Origin: Nitrososphaeraceae archaeon
GTDB lineage: Archaea; Thermoproteota; Nitrososphaeria; Nitrososphaerales; Nitrososphaeraceae
Assembly (NCBI GenBank): GCA_035297365.1
Contig: DATGZA010000086.1
Location: 1 to 18,641 of the forward strand
Length of the DNA: 18,641 nt
Direction of reading: 5' to 3'
Numbering within the stretch: position 1 is the stretch's first letter; every line of letters begins with the position of its first letter. This document shows, in pieces, positions 10,783-18,641 of this stretch. The position numbers were made by a program, and so were the translations under genes. The notes below the pieces were generated by a model that saw nothing but the letters and a program-made list of their open reading frames with translations, ran no database searches and was not told the origin of the DNA.

Positions 10783-11062
10783 TTTTGCACTTCATATTTT
10801 TGTATAAAAGATATTTTTTTTATTTTATTAATATTATGATTATTAATTTTTTATAATTCACAACAAAATTCCCTAGGGGTATTAATCAAATATAATTATG
10901 ATCAAGATGGTAGATATAACACAAAATTGATATCTTTATATCATTTTCCGAGATTTATACTCGTATTTGATTAACTTTTGCAATGTATTTAGTATCTTTA
11001 TTACTTGACAACAAAAACATCATATTAAAGATTGGCACTATAATACCAAAGTAAAAATTTTT

Positions 11063-11338
11063 TTAATCAAATGTTATGGATTCTTTAAACAAATCCTTCA
11101 AATTTTTCTCATCTTCTTCATTTAAAGATTCTGAGTTAGTCCTAATTTTATTTATTAAAGATTTGATTCTTTTCTTACCTAGAATTGCTTCAAGTTTTAT
11201 CGCCGAATTTTTACCTTCCCATGACTGCAATAACTTGAGTATTTCATCTTTCATATCCGGACTAAGATCCTTCATGGAATCTTCTATTATTTTTCTGTAA
11301 GTATTTGTAATATCCTTGGTTCTAAATTCATAACCCAT
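11063..11338 (-). CDS. Hypothetical helical protein
   Basis: Charged helical ORF. ATG 11338 (MGYEFRTK) is preferred over TTG 11353. Confidence 0.75.
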   Translation of the reverse strand: MGYEFRTKDITNTYRKIIEDSMKDLSPDMKDEILKLLQSWEGKNSAIKLEAILGKKRIKSLINKIRTNSESLNEEDEKNLKDLFKESITFD

Positions 11339-11707
11339 AAATATCATTGGCAAACTTAGATAATAAAGTTATTTGACGATTTCTGAAATTGATTGTAATT
11401 TTTCTATTCTAATAAGTCAGTGAATTCTAGTTTACCAGTAAAAATAAACTTGTAACTGATTGATCCAAATTTATCAACCTATTATAATATTTCAGAACTT
11501 TTTATTAATACTATAAACAATTATATCCAAGATAGAAAAGCAGAATAATTTTTCTCGCTGAAATAACAAGAGATTATTGACAAATAATAAAAAAGAATCG
11601 ATAAATAAAACCGGATTTTTGAATACAATAATTCAGGATGTTATTTTCATTTATTACTATTATTTTATTAAAAAATCATCACAAAATTGGCATTAAGGGA
11701 TGACGAA

Positions 11708-12431
11708 TTAAAAGTTCTTACAATCCCTAGTTTTTACAAACATTACAGCAACATTTTTGTATTTGGTATAATATTCTATAACAAAATCAAATTTGGCTTT
11801 TTTCGTATCCTTTTCTTTGTTTATTTTCATTATCAAAGAATCTTTGATATTATTATTGATATATGGATCAACTTTAAAATAAAGTTGTGTAGTTAGATTT
11901 GGTTTGGCTGGTTCTCCAACCTTTATATGAATGTGACTAGGGCATGTGATATCATCCGGGGAATATTGTTTAAGGAAAATTTTATTAAGAAAATAATTGC
12001 TTTTGTTATCACTCTTAACCCTTCATCTTAGTGTGTATCCTAAATTATCATAGTCTCTACCACTATCTGCCTGCCAGAAATCCAATACTACATCCTCAAC
12101 TGGTTCACATAGCACATCCAATACTTTACCTGATAAGACTAATCTTTCTCTTGCAAGATCATGACCAAGAGTTTTGGGTAAATGGTTCATTTTCTTTATA
12201 GTTTGGGTGGCACAAACCACAGGTGATGAAAAGAAAGGAAAAAACTGAAGCCCAACAAATAGGATTCTGTCAGTTGACATAGACTATTTTTTTCAGATGA
12301 TTATAAATCCCCTGTTTCATTTGCTTGAGCAATGAGTTGGTAAAATAGGTTTGAAATGCTAAAAACAGTAGTAATGGTTGCTATAATTATTATTATCGTA
12401 AAACTATTGTTATCATTATCTCTGTTTTCAT
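11708..12431 (-). pseudogene. Secreted or membrane-anchored intradiol ring-cleavage dioxygenase-family pseudogene
   Basis: Hydrophobic N-terminus, CQLTESYLLG/PNYKE, ERLVLSGKVLD..CEPV, LDFWQAD...YDNLGYTLR*RV, PSHIHIKV, LTTQLYF and AKFDFVI. Contains frameshifts, a TAA, a TGA at 12023-25 and a 43-bp insertion. Confidence 0.9.
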
Positions 12432-12577
12432 TAATTATAATGTTATACGGTCATTTAATAAATCTTACACGTGTTTGAAAATATGAAATTTTTGTTGAGG
12501 TAAACTCTATGCTATCTTTTGAAGCATTGATATCTTGTTTTTAAAAATTTATAAAAATGGAAAAAAGTAAGCTCAAA

Positions 12578-12784
12578 TTATTCTCTTCTTTCTATTTTGA
12601 ACCCCATTTTTACTTCTGCCTGAAATTCTTTGACATCGTTCTCTAAAATTCTGAATGTTACTCGTCCAAGTTCTGCCCATTCTATGTTGTTAACGGTTCG
12701 TGTTGCCTCTTTAACTGCATCTTTTACTGCATCATCTATACTGTTAGGAGATGTTCCTATTATATTGATATATTTATAGACCAT
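12578..12784 (-). CDS. Dodecin (flavin-binding protein)
   Basis: 68 aa with motifs VYKYINIIGTSPNSIDDAV..AV.EA..TV.NIEWAE and EFQAEVKMGFKIE. Confidence 0.95.
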   Translation of the reverse strand: MVYKYINIIGTSPNSIDDAVKDAVKEATRTVNNIEWAELGRVTFRILENDVKEFQAEVKMGFKIERRE

Positions 12785-12804
12785 GATATTTTCAGGGTTT
12801 TGTT

Positions 12805-12817
12805 ATATAAAACTTTT
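12805..12817 (-). promoter_or_regulatory. BRE/TATA for dodecin (leaderless)
   Basis: Minus strand AAAAG-TTTTATAT, with the TATA box 28-21 nt upstream of the ATG. Confidence 0.6.
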
Positions 12818-13684
12818 ATTCATAAAATTAATTTTTGATGTTTTAAATTTTCTGATGGATATCGCTTTGAAATAATTTGATGGTACTGCTTTTACTGATA
12901 ATTTTTGTTTCTTGTTATTAATTCTAAATTCTTTATGCTATTATCATTCTATTATTTACAATTTATAATAAATTTTTTTTCCTATTGAAGTAGTCAAAAA
13001 AATGAATAACTGCATTCAAATTTAGAACAAGAACTTTTTGAATTCCTAACCTTTTGCATTTCATATCGAAATTCTAACTAGACGTATTGGAAATATGTTT
13101 TTTATTTTGGTTTTGGAAAATAGGATCAAAGAAGAATTAAAAGTAGATCCGTCAAAAAATAAATCATGATGGCATGGAATAATACATTAATGGATTTTTT
13201 AACATTGTGTAATTTTTTAATATTTAACACTTTCCGATTAACTTAATTATTGACCTCTTTATAGTGATTGAAAATTATGTCATTAAAACATTTGGCGTAT
13301 TATTAGAAAAAGTTTTAATTGAAATTTCTAAAATTATCTTTATCACTGTTTTGTTATAGTCTTTAGTCAATTAATTGTCCAAAAAAATTGGATAAATAAT
13401 TATTATTGATAATTTTTTAGCAAAGTGCGAAAATAGATTAAGAAAGCATAAAGATTACAAAAACGATATCTACACTAAAATGCTTATGGTAATCAAATGT
13501 AAATTTCTATTTTTATTTGAGTAATCTAAAACAAAAAACCTTTTTCAAAATATGAGTAGAAAATTTGAACTTTTCAAATACAGGATAAAATTTTCCAATA
13601 AATCTTTTTGCATTATCATGGTAATCTCGATACCCTTTGATTTTTAGGAATGATTTAAATAAGTTGTAAATTACCTATATTATT

Positions 13685-13804
13685 GTGAATAAAAAACAAT
13701 GCGCCTTATGCGGGGTTTCAATTTCTGATTCTTCGAATGAACTAAATCTGTGTAAGGAGTGCATAAGTTGCGCAGATTGTTGTATAGGTTTGGAAAAACT
13801 CTAG
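13685..13804 (+). CDS. 39-aa Cys-rich micro-protein (zinc-finger or metallothionein-like; not in the ORF track)
   Basis: GTG start, MNKKQCALCGVSISDSSNELNLCKECISCADCCIGLEKL*. TTTAAATA at 13654-13661. Locally higher GC than the flanks. Confidence 0.72.
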   Translation: MNKKQCALCGVSISDSSNELNLCKECISCADCCIGLEKL

Positions 13805-13843
13805 ATTTTTTAGTTTATCTCGTTCTTATCTTGAATTTCGATT

Positions 13844-14398
13844 CTATTCTACCATTTTCAAGATATCTGTTGTTGTAATTATTCCAATTACATTTCCTCT
13901 TTCAGTAACAAGAATGCATTTTGCAAATCTAATTAATGGAACAAGTGCTTTTGCAGGTGTTTCAGAATCGATTAGTGGTGGAGGAGATTCCATCGCCATT
14001 TCTATCGTCATTTTCTTTAGATCTTTTTCTTCATTTTCAACCATTTTTTTTGCAAGATTGTCTTCAGAGACAATTCCTACTATTTTCTGCCCATCAAAAA
14101 TAGGTATTTGACTTACAAAATTGTCCCTCATTTTTTCAACTACGTTATAAAGAGTATCATTTTTTTGAGCAAAAATGATTTTTCTGCTGCATAGATCTGC
14201 TGCTTTTTTCGATGAATTTCCTTCTAGGGAACTTAGAATTTCAAAGATCTTTTTGGCAGTATCGTAACTTGGTTTACACCTTCCAGTTTCTATTTGGTTT
14301 ATCATTGAAGTACTTATTCCAGTTAAAGACGCCAACTTTCTTTGAGTTATTCCTAATTTGATACGAGTCTGTCTAATGTATTCTAATCTTGGAAGCAT
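13844..14398 (-). CDS. XRE-type HTH plus tandem CBS domain transcriptional regulator (COG3620-like)
   Basis: HTH segment RIKLGITQRKLASLTGISTSMINQIETG. CBS motifs SQIPIFDGQKIVGIVSE and VIGIITTTDILK. Confidence 0.95.
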   Translation of the reverse strand: MLPRLEYIRQTRIKLGITQRKLASLTGISTSMINQIETGRCKPSYDTAKKIFEILSSLEGNSSKKAADLCSRKIIFAQKNDTLYNVVEKMRDNFVSQIPIFDGQKIVGIVSEDNLAKKMVENEEKDLKKMTIEMAMESPPPLIDSETPAKALVPLIRFAKCILVTERGNVIGIITTTDILKMVE

Positions 14399-14547
14399 TA
14401 TTGGTTATTAATGCGATGATTTCATATTTAAAATCTATAAACAAATTAATAATGTATCATGTATCTAATAGGTTTATAGGGTAACATTGCGATTTTAGTT
14501 ACAATAACAATAAAATAGCATTATAAATGAATTTCAGATCCTGTTAA
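14399..14547. promoter_or_regulatory. Divergent promoter region for HTH-CBS and aRF1
   Basis: TTTAAATA on the minus strand at 14425-14432 and ATTATAAA on the plus strand at 14520-14527. Confidence 0.55.
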
Positions 14548-15831
14548 ATGTCATCATCTTCACAAAGTAACTGGGATTCAGTTAAACGTTATAAATTGAA
14601 TAAAATGATAAACAAGTTGGGAAATATTACTGGTCACGGAACCGAACTTGTGACTGTCTATATTCCTCCAAAAAGACCAATCTATGATGTTATGGCTCAA
14701 CTTAAAAACGAAGCCGGTACGGCATCAAACATTAAATCAGATCTTACAAGGACTCACGTACAGGATGCATTAAGCAGGACAGTCGAATATCTAAAACTGT
14801 ATAAGGAAGCCCCAGAGAACGGCCTTGTAATATTTTGTGGTGCAATTCCCACTGGAAAAGGTTTTGGAACTGAAAAAATTGAGATATTCTCCGTGGTTCC
14901 TCCAAAACCCATCCAAATTAATCTGTATAGATGTGATGATCATTTTTGGATTGATCATCTAAAAGACATGATGAAAGATGACAAGGTAATAGGAATACTT
15001 TCACTGGATACACAGGAGGCAGGATTAGGAATATTGACGGGGGATAGATGGGAAGTAGTCGAATCTCTGACTTCTGGTGTGGCTGGAAAACATCGTCAAG
15101 GTGGTCAATCTGCCAGAAGATTTGAAAGGCTACGGGATAATGAGTTAAATGAATATTATAAAAGAGTTGCAGATTATTCTCAAAAGATTTTTATCGATGA
15201 ATATCCTGTCAAAGGCATAATCGTAGGAGGCCCTGGTCCTACAAAGGAAAATTTTTTAAGGGAAGAGTATCTCGATTACAGGTTACAAAATAATGTGATA
15301 GCTGTTCTTGATTCCTCTTATTCAGGAGGAGAAGGTGTTAGGGAACTAATAGATAAAGTCAATGAACAAGGCATAATGATGGAATATCGTTTAATGGAAG
15401 AAAAGAAGATAATAAAGAACTTTATGAGTGAGGTACATTCAGGAAAAGGCCTCGGAATTTACGGAATCTTTGATGTAATTGAGTCTCTTCGAAATGGAAT
15501 CGCAGATCTTGTTATTGTTACTGATGATATTACTTTTTTAAGACTGGAGGTTAAATGCAATAAATGTTCGCATTCTCAGGAAAAATTTATTGAGAGGAGT
15601 GATATGGTATCGGTTAAACAAGAACTTTTATCTAAACCATGTCCGTCTTGTGCAGGTAGCAGCAATGAGCTTGAGGCAAATGAACAGGACCTTGTTGAAT
15701 TTTTAGAAGAATTAACGATTATGACAGGGTGCAAGCTTGAAGTCTTGTCAGGTAAAACTGAAGAGGGCACACAGCTAGCAAGCCTTGGCAAGATAGGAGC
15801 TATTTTGAGATTTCGACCAAGCAATAAATAA
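14548..15831 (+). CDS. prf1: Peptide chain release factor aRF1
   Basis: Motifs TASNIKS, YRCDDHF, KHRQGGQSARRFERLR, GGPGPTKE and C-terminal GKIGAILRF. Confidence 0.99.
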   Translation: MSSSSQSNWDSVKRYKLNKMINKLGNITGHGTELVTVYIPPKRPIYDVMAQLKNEAGTASNIKSDLTRTHVQDALSRTVEYLKLYKEAPENGLVIFCGAIPTGKGFGTEKIEIFSVVPPKPIQINLYRCDDHFWIDHLKDMMKDDKVIGILSLDTQEAGLGILTGDRWEVVESLTSGVAGKHRQGGQSARRFERLRDNELNEYYKRVADYSQKIFIDEYPVKGIIVGGPGPTKENFLREEYLDYRLQNNVIAVLDSSYSGGEGVRELIDKVNEQGIMMEYRLMEEKKIIKNFMSEVHSGKGLGIYGIFDVIESLRNGIADLVIVTDDITFLRLEVKCNKCSHSQEKFIERSDMVSVKQELLSKPCPSCAGSSNELEANEQDLVEFLEELTIMTGCKLEVLSGKTEEGTQLASLGKIGAILRFRPSNK

Positions 15832-15979
15832 TCGAGGTTGTGTCATACCTTAATTAACAGATATTGTTGTACTTTCAGCAATATTAGTATGTTATTTTTG
15901 TTGTTGGTTATTTTCTGTTTAGGTTGTAGTATAAAGTAACTGGTAGAGTAATACCGATGCTAATGTCATGGCAATAGTA

Positions 15980-16073
15980 TTTTGTTGTTTATATCTAGCA
16001 TTTTTTTGTTGTTATATCCCAATAAAATAGGTTTTGTTTATATCTATTAGGTAGGTTATATCAGTAATTTTAA
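15980..16073 (+). repeat. Left arm of a perfect 94-bp inverted repeat
   Basis: 94/94 reverse-complement identity to 16797-16890, checked base by base. Confidence 0.98.
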
Positions 16074-16296
16074 AAATATCATATCTATCAATCAAAAGTC
16101 ATGCAAAAAACAGTCCTGACCTATCACATTTTAATCCGAAATACGATATTTGGAGGCTTGGGTTGAAATGCATTCTATATTTCTATCCAAAGTTGCAATA
16201 AAAGTATTAAACGCACCTTTAAAGGTCCTTTCTAAAATTAAAGAATTCATAGCATAATATATTGATATTTCTAGTGCTTCAATTGTATGTTAGCCC

Positions 16297-16334
16297 TAAA
16301 AATTAACTTATGCTTTAAAAATTAACTTATGCTT
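16297..16334. repeat. Perfect 19-bp tandem duplication
   Basis: TAAAAATTAACTTATGCTT occurs twice head to tail. Confidence 0.9.
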
Positions 16335-16470
16335 TGTTTATTACTTCGTTGGAAAAATATCATATTCATCTTTGTTGATAATTGCTAAAGATTGAAAATT
16401 CTTTATATAAATAACTGGGAAAAGATAGTCAAGGAATTAACTTAATCTTTTTAAAATGGCGAAGGAAGAA

Positions 16471-16638
16471 TTACGATCTTAAATATCCTTGTTTTATCCT
16501 GGTTTTTATAGGAATATAAGACATTGTAAAATAATCTTTCATTAATCTCAAGTTTTTTATAGATATTTGGCTAAAACAAGGCAAAACCGAAAACAATAAC
16601 AATATATTGATCGATAATAAAAAATAAGATTTACTCAT
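16471..16638 (-). pseudogene. Possible remnant of a secreted protein inside the IR element
   Basis: MSKSYFLLSINILLLFSVLPCFSQ resembles a signal peptide. The downstream part is not recognisable. Confidence 0.3.
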
Positions 16639-16796
16639 TCGTGATTTTATGTAATACAAACAATAATTCTAAATTTTGAAAAAAAATAGAGTATATTGAA
16701 TCATTCTATCATACATATCACATTTTTGAGATAAGAAGGGGTAAGGCAACGGTATCTTCGAAATGATTTTTGATGGTTTGATTGACAGTGTATTTA

Positions 16797-16890
16797 TTAA
16801 AATTACTGATATAACCTACCTAATAGATATAAACAAAACCTATTTTATTGGGATATAACAACAAAAAAATGCTAGATATAAACAACAAAA
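16797..16890 (-). repeat. Right arm of the perfect 94-bp inverted repeat
   Basis: Exact reverse complement of 15980-16073. Confidence 0.98.
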
Positions 16891-17216
16891 ATAACGCTAT
16901 AATGATGATGAAGCCCTTTTTATTGATTTTTTTGGAGAGAACTATTTTCATAAAAAACTATGACGTATGCAATATGATGAGTTATTACTAGCCTTCAGGT
17001 TTCCTTTCTATCTTCCCTTTGGTCACTATGACAGCATTAAATAAAGGCAACACTTATCGCGCAATTAAATGCATGGTTAGGAATCTCAATATCAAACTAC
17101 TTCTTATAGCACTACGAATATCTATTTGTTAAATTATCGTCCAGCCTCATTTAATTAGAATTAGAATTGATTCTATTCTCTTATTTCTATATTATATTTA
17201 TCTTTATCTTAATTTT

Positions 17217-18098
17217 TTAAAACCGTCTTAGTATTTTGGGTTTTAACATTTCAGGGTGATTTTTCAGATTTCTAATTAAATTTAAAATGTCCTCTTTGTT
17301 CTCAGGAAGAATCCCTTTAATTGAATATACATTTGATGCATGATTTGCCCTGAAAATTATTGGTCTGAAAGGATTTATATTGGAAATAAGTCTGTCTAAT
17401 TCGTCCAATACTTGGATATCATCCAGGAAAGTAAATGGTTCATTATATTTGGCCATGAATTCCTCATATACTCCATCTTCTAGGTGAAGATTTAGTGCAC
17501 CAACGTAATCTGGTGAAATTTCTCCAAGAATCTTTGCGGTATCTTCAATATGATCTTTTGTGTAGGTTGTACCACCCAAGCCAAGTATAACCATACAAGA
17601 CAAAATGAAGTCGTTATTTCTAGCCTTATTGCAACTTTCAACAATGCTTTTATAGGTTGCTCCTTTGGTAACTTTTTTTAATACAATATCATTCCCACTT
17701 TCAATACCAACATAGAACATGTTTAGACCTGCTTTTTTTAGCAATTGTAGTTCGCTATCCGATTTTTGTAGCAAATTTTTCGGCATAGCGTATGAAGAAA
17801 CTCTCTCTAGCGATGGAAATTTCTGGTACAAATAATCTAGTATCTGTGTTAATCTCTCAACAGATAAATTGAGAGCATCACCATCAGCAAGAAAAATTCT
17901 AGTTGTTTCCGGATAGTATTTCGAGGAAATATCTATTTCCATCTTTATCTCTTCCCATGGCCTCTCAGAATAATCCTTTGTTCTATACATATTACAAAAT
18001 GAGCACTTGTTGAATGAACAGCCCAAAGTTACCTGAAAGATCATAGAATTAGCTTCAGAAGGAGGTCGATAAAGAGGGTAATCATAATTTAATTCCAA
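17217..18098 (-). CDS. Radical SAM superfamily protein (YRPPSEA-type, function unknown)
   Basis: CxxxCxxC motif CSFNKCSFC, plus RIFLADGDAL, YVGIESG and FRANHASN. TTG start. Confidence 0.95.
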   Translation of the reverse strand: MELNYDYPLYRPPSEANSMIFQVTLGCSFNKCSFCNMYRTKDYSERPWEEIKMEIDISSKYYPETTRIFLADGDALNLSVERLTQILDYLYQKFPSLERVSSYAMPKNLLQKSDSELQLLKKAGLNMFYVGIESGNDIVLKKVTKGATYKSIVESCNKARNNDFILSCMVILGLGGTTYTKDHIEDTAKILGEISPDYVGALNLHLEDGVYEEFMAKYNEPFTFLDDIQVLDELDRLISNINPFRPIIFRANHASNVYSIKGILPENKEDILNLIRNLKNHPEMLKPKILRRF

Positions 18099-18333
18099 TA
18101 CTTAAAGTTAAATACATCGTGGATATTTATTATTTTTCAAGCTAATACACTTAAAAATATTAATAGTTGATGAAATGGTTATAATAGAAATATGTTAATA
18201 AAAATAGACCTTTATCATATGAAATGATAATATGTTCTTGCAATTAAATCAATAAATTGTATTAATTTTATGTCACTATATGATATAAAAAGTAAACAAA
18301 CTTTAATTAAAAACAAGTGACTTTATTTTGTTA

Positions 18334-18641
18334 TTAATCTTTTATGTTTAAAAGATCTAAATAAAGGTAAAATATATTTTGAGTTTCAATATTGATAATA
18401 TATTCATCTGTCTTATTCTTGGAATCAAAAACTGAAATAGTTTTGCAAATAAATAAATTATCTTGATGATATATTATATTTAGGGGTTGGTCAAGTACAG
18501 ATGTTAAAAGAATTATTAAATCCTTCAAATTTTAACCTTCTGGTAAGCAAGGTTAGCGATGTACTAGTTAATGCTCTTGATCAACCATTAGGGTATGCAA
18601 TAAACTGGGGAAGAATTTGGTCCCTATGGCCAGTTCATCTT
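18334..18641 (-). pseudogene. Remnant of a YVTN/YncE-like beta-propeller gene, running off the window
   Basis: LMVDQEH*LV, frameshift to YIANL, later DNLFICKTISVFDSKNK. This resembles the 'LVYVAN...TVSVID' repeats. Several stops are present. Confidence 0.45.

Larger units (their letters stand above)
15980..16890. mobile_element. Putative 911-bp non-autonomous element or invertible segment bounded by 94-bp IRs
   Basis: Long IRs with internal iterons, located between convergent core genes. No transposase or recombinase and no clear target-site duplication. Confidence 0.45.

Noticed and set aside
10913-10942. Inverted GATATAA-N16-TTATATC pair resembling the IR iteron
   Set aside because: A 7-mer match in AT-rich DNA can arise by chance, and there is no extended similarity.
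11076-11300. ORF 11076..11300 (+)
   Set aside because: Antisense shadow of the 11063 gene.
11687-11896. ORF 11687..11896 (+)
   Set aside because: Antisense to the dioxygenase C-terminus.
13914-14111. ORF 13914..14111 (+)
   Set aside because: Antisense shadow of the HTH-CBS gene.
15576-15824. ORF 15576..15824 (-)
   Set aside because: Antisense shadow of aRF1.
2190-15831. TGA-to-Gly stop-codon reassignment, suggested by TGA at Gly sites and the nearby release factor
   Set aside because: The same genes also carry TAA/TAG stops or frameshifts. Intact genes end in TGA (3356, 4366). aRF1 has canonical NIKS, YxCxxxF and GGQ motifs.
15980-16073. Xer/dif site (GATATAA/TTATATC resembles Thermococcales dif arms, from memory)
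   Set aside because: dif needs two inverted arms about 6 bp apart. Within each arm here the motifs are in direct orientation.
15980-16890. CRISPR array or replication origin
   Set aside because: No equal-length repeats with spacers, no ORB-like TCCA..GGAAA/G-string motif, and no cas or cdc6 gene in the window.

Overview
AT-rich archaeal DNA. It most resembles a soil ammonia-oxidising archaeon (Nitrososphaeraceae, Nitrosocosmicus-like). This is inferred from archaeal aRF1, leaderless TATA-box promoters and small-gene families I recall from that lineage. A conserved block lies near the right end: HTH-CBS regulator, aRF1 and a radical SAM gene. The rest is a low-coding-density accessory region. 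It has small intact genes (two phasin-like helical paralogs, a stand-alone Lrp/AsnC domain, two C2H2 zinc fingers, dodecin, an HhH-like protein and an unannotated 39-aa seven-Cys protein). It also has about eight decayed pseudogenes, including a glyoxalase, a PRC-barrel-like gene, a phytoene-dehydrogenase-like oxidoreductase, a third phasin-like copy, a secreted intradiol dioxygenase and a YVTN propeller. The main unexplained structure is a perfect 94-bp inverted repeat (15980-16073 / 16797-16890). Each arm carries four TTATATC iterons, and the arms enclose 723 bp between the convergent aRF1 and radical SAM genes. No CRISPR array, rRNA, tRNA or intact transposase or integrase was seen. Family calls come from motif recognition, not database searches.
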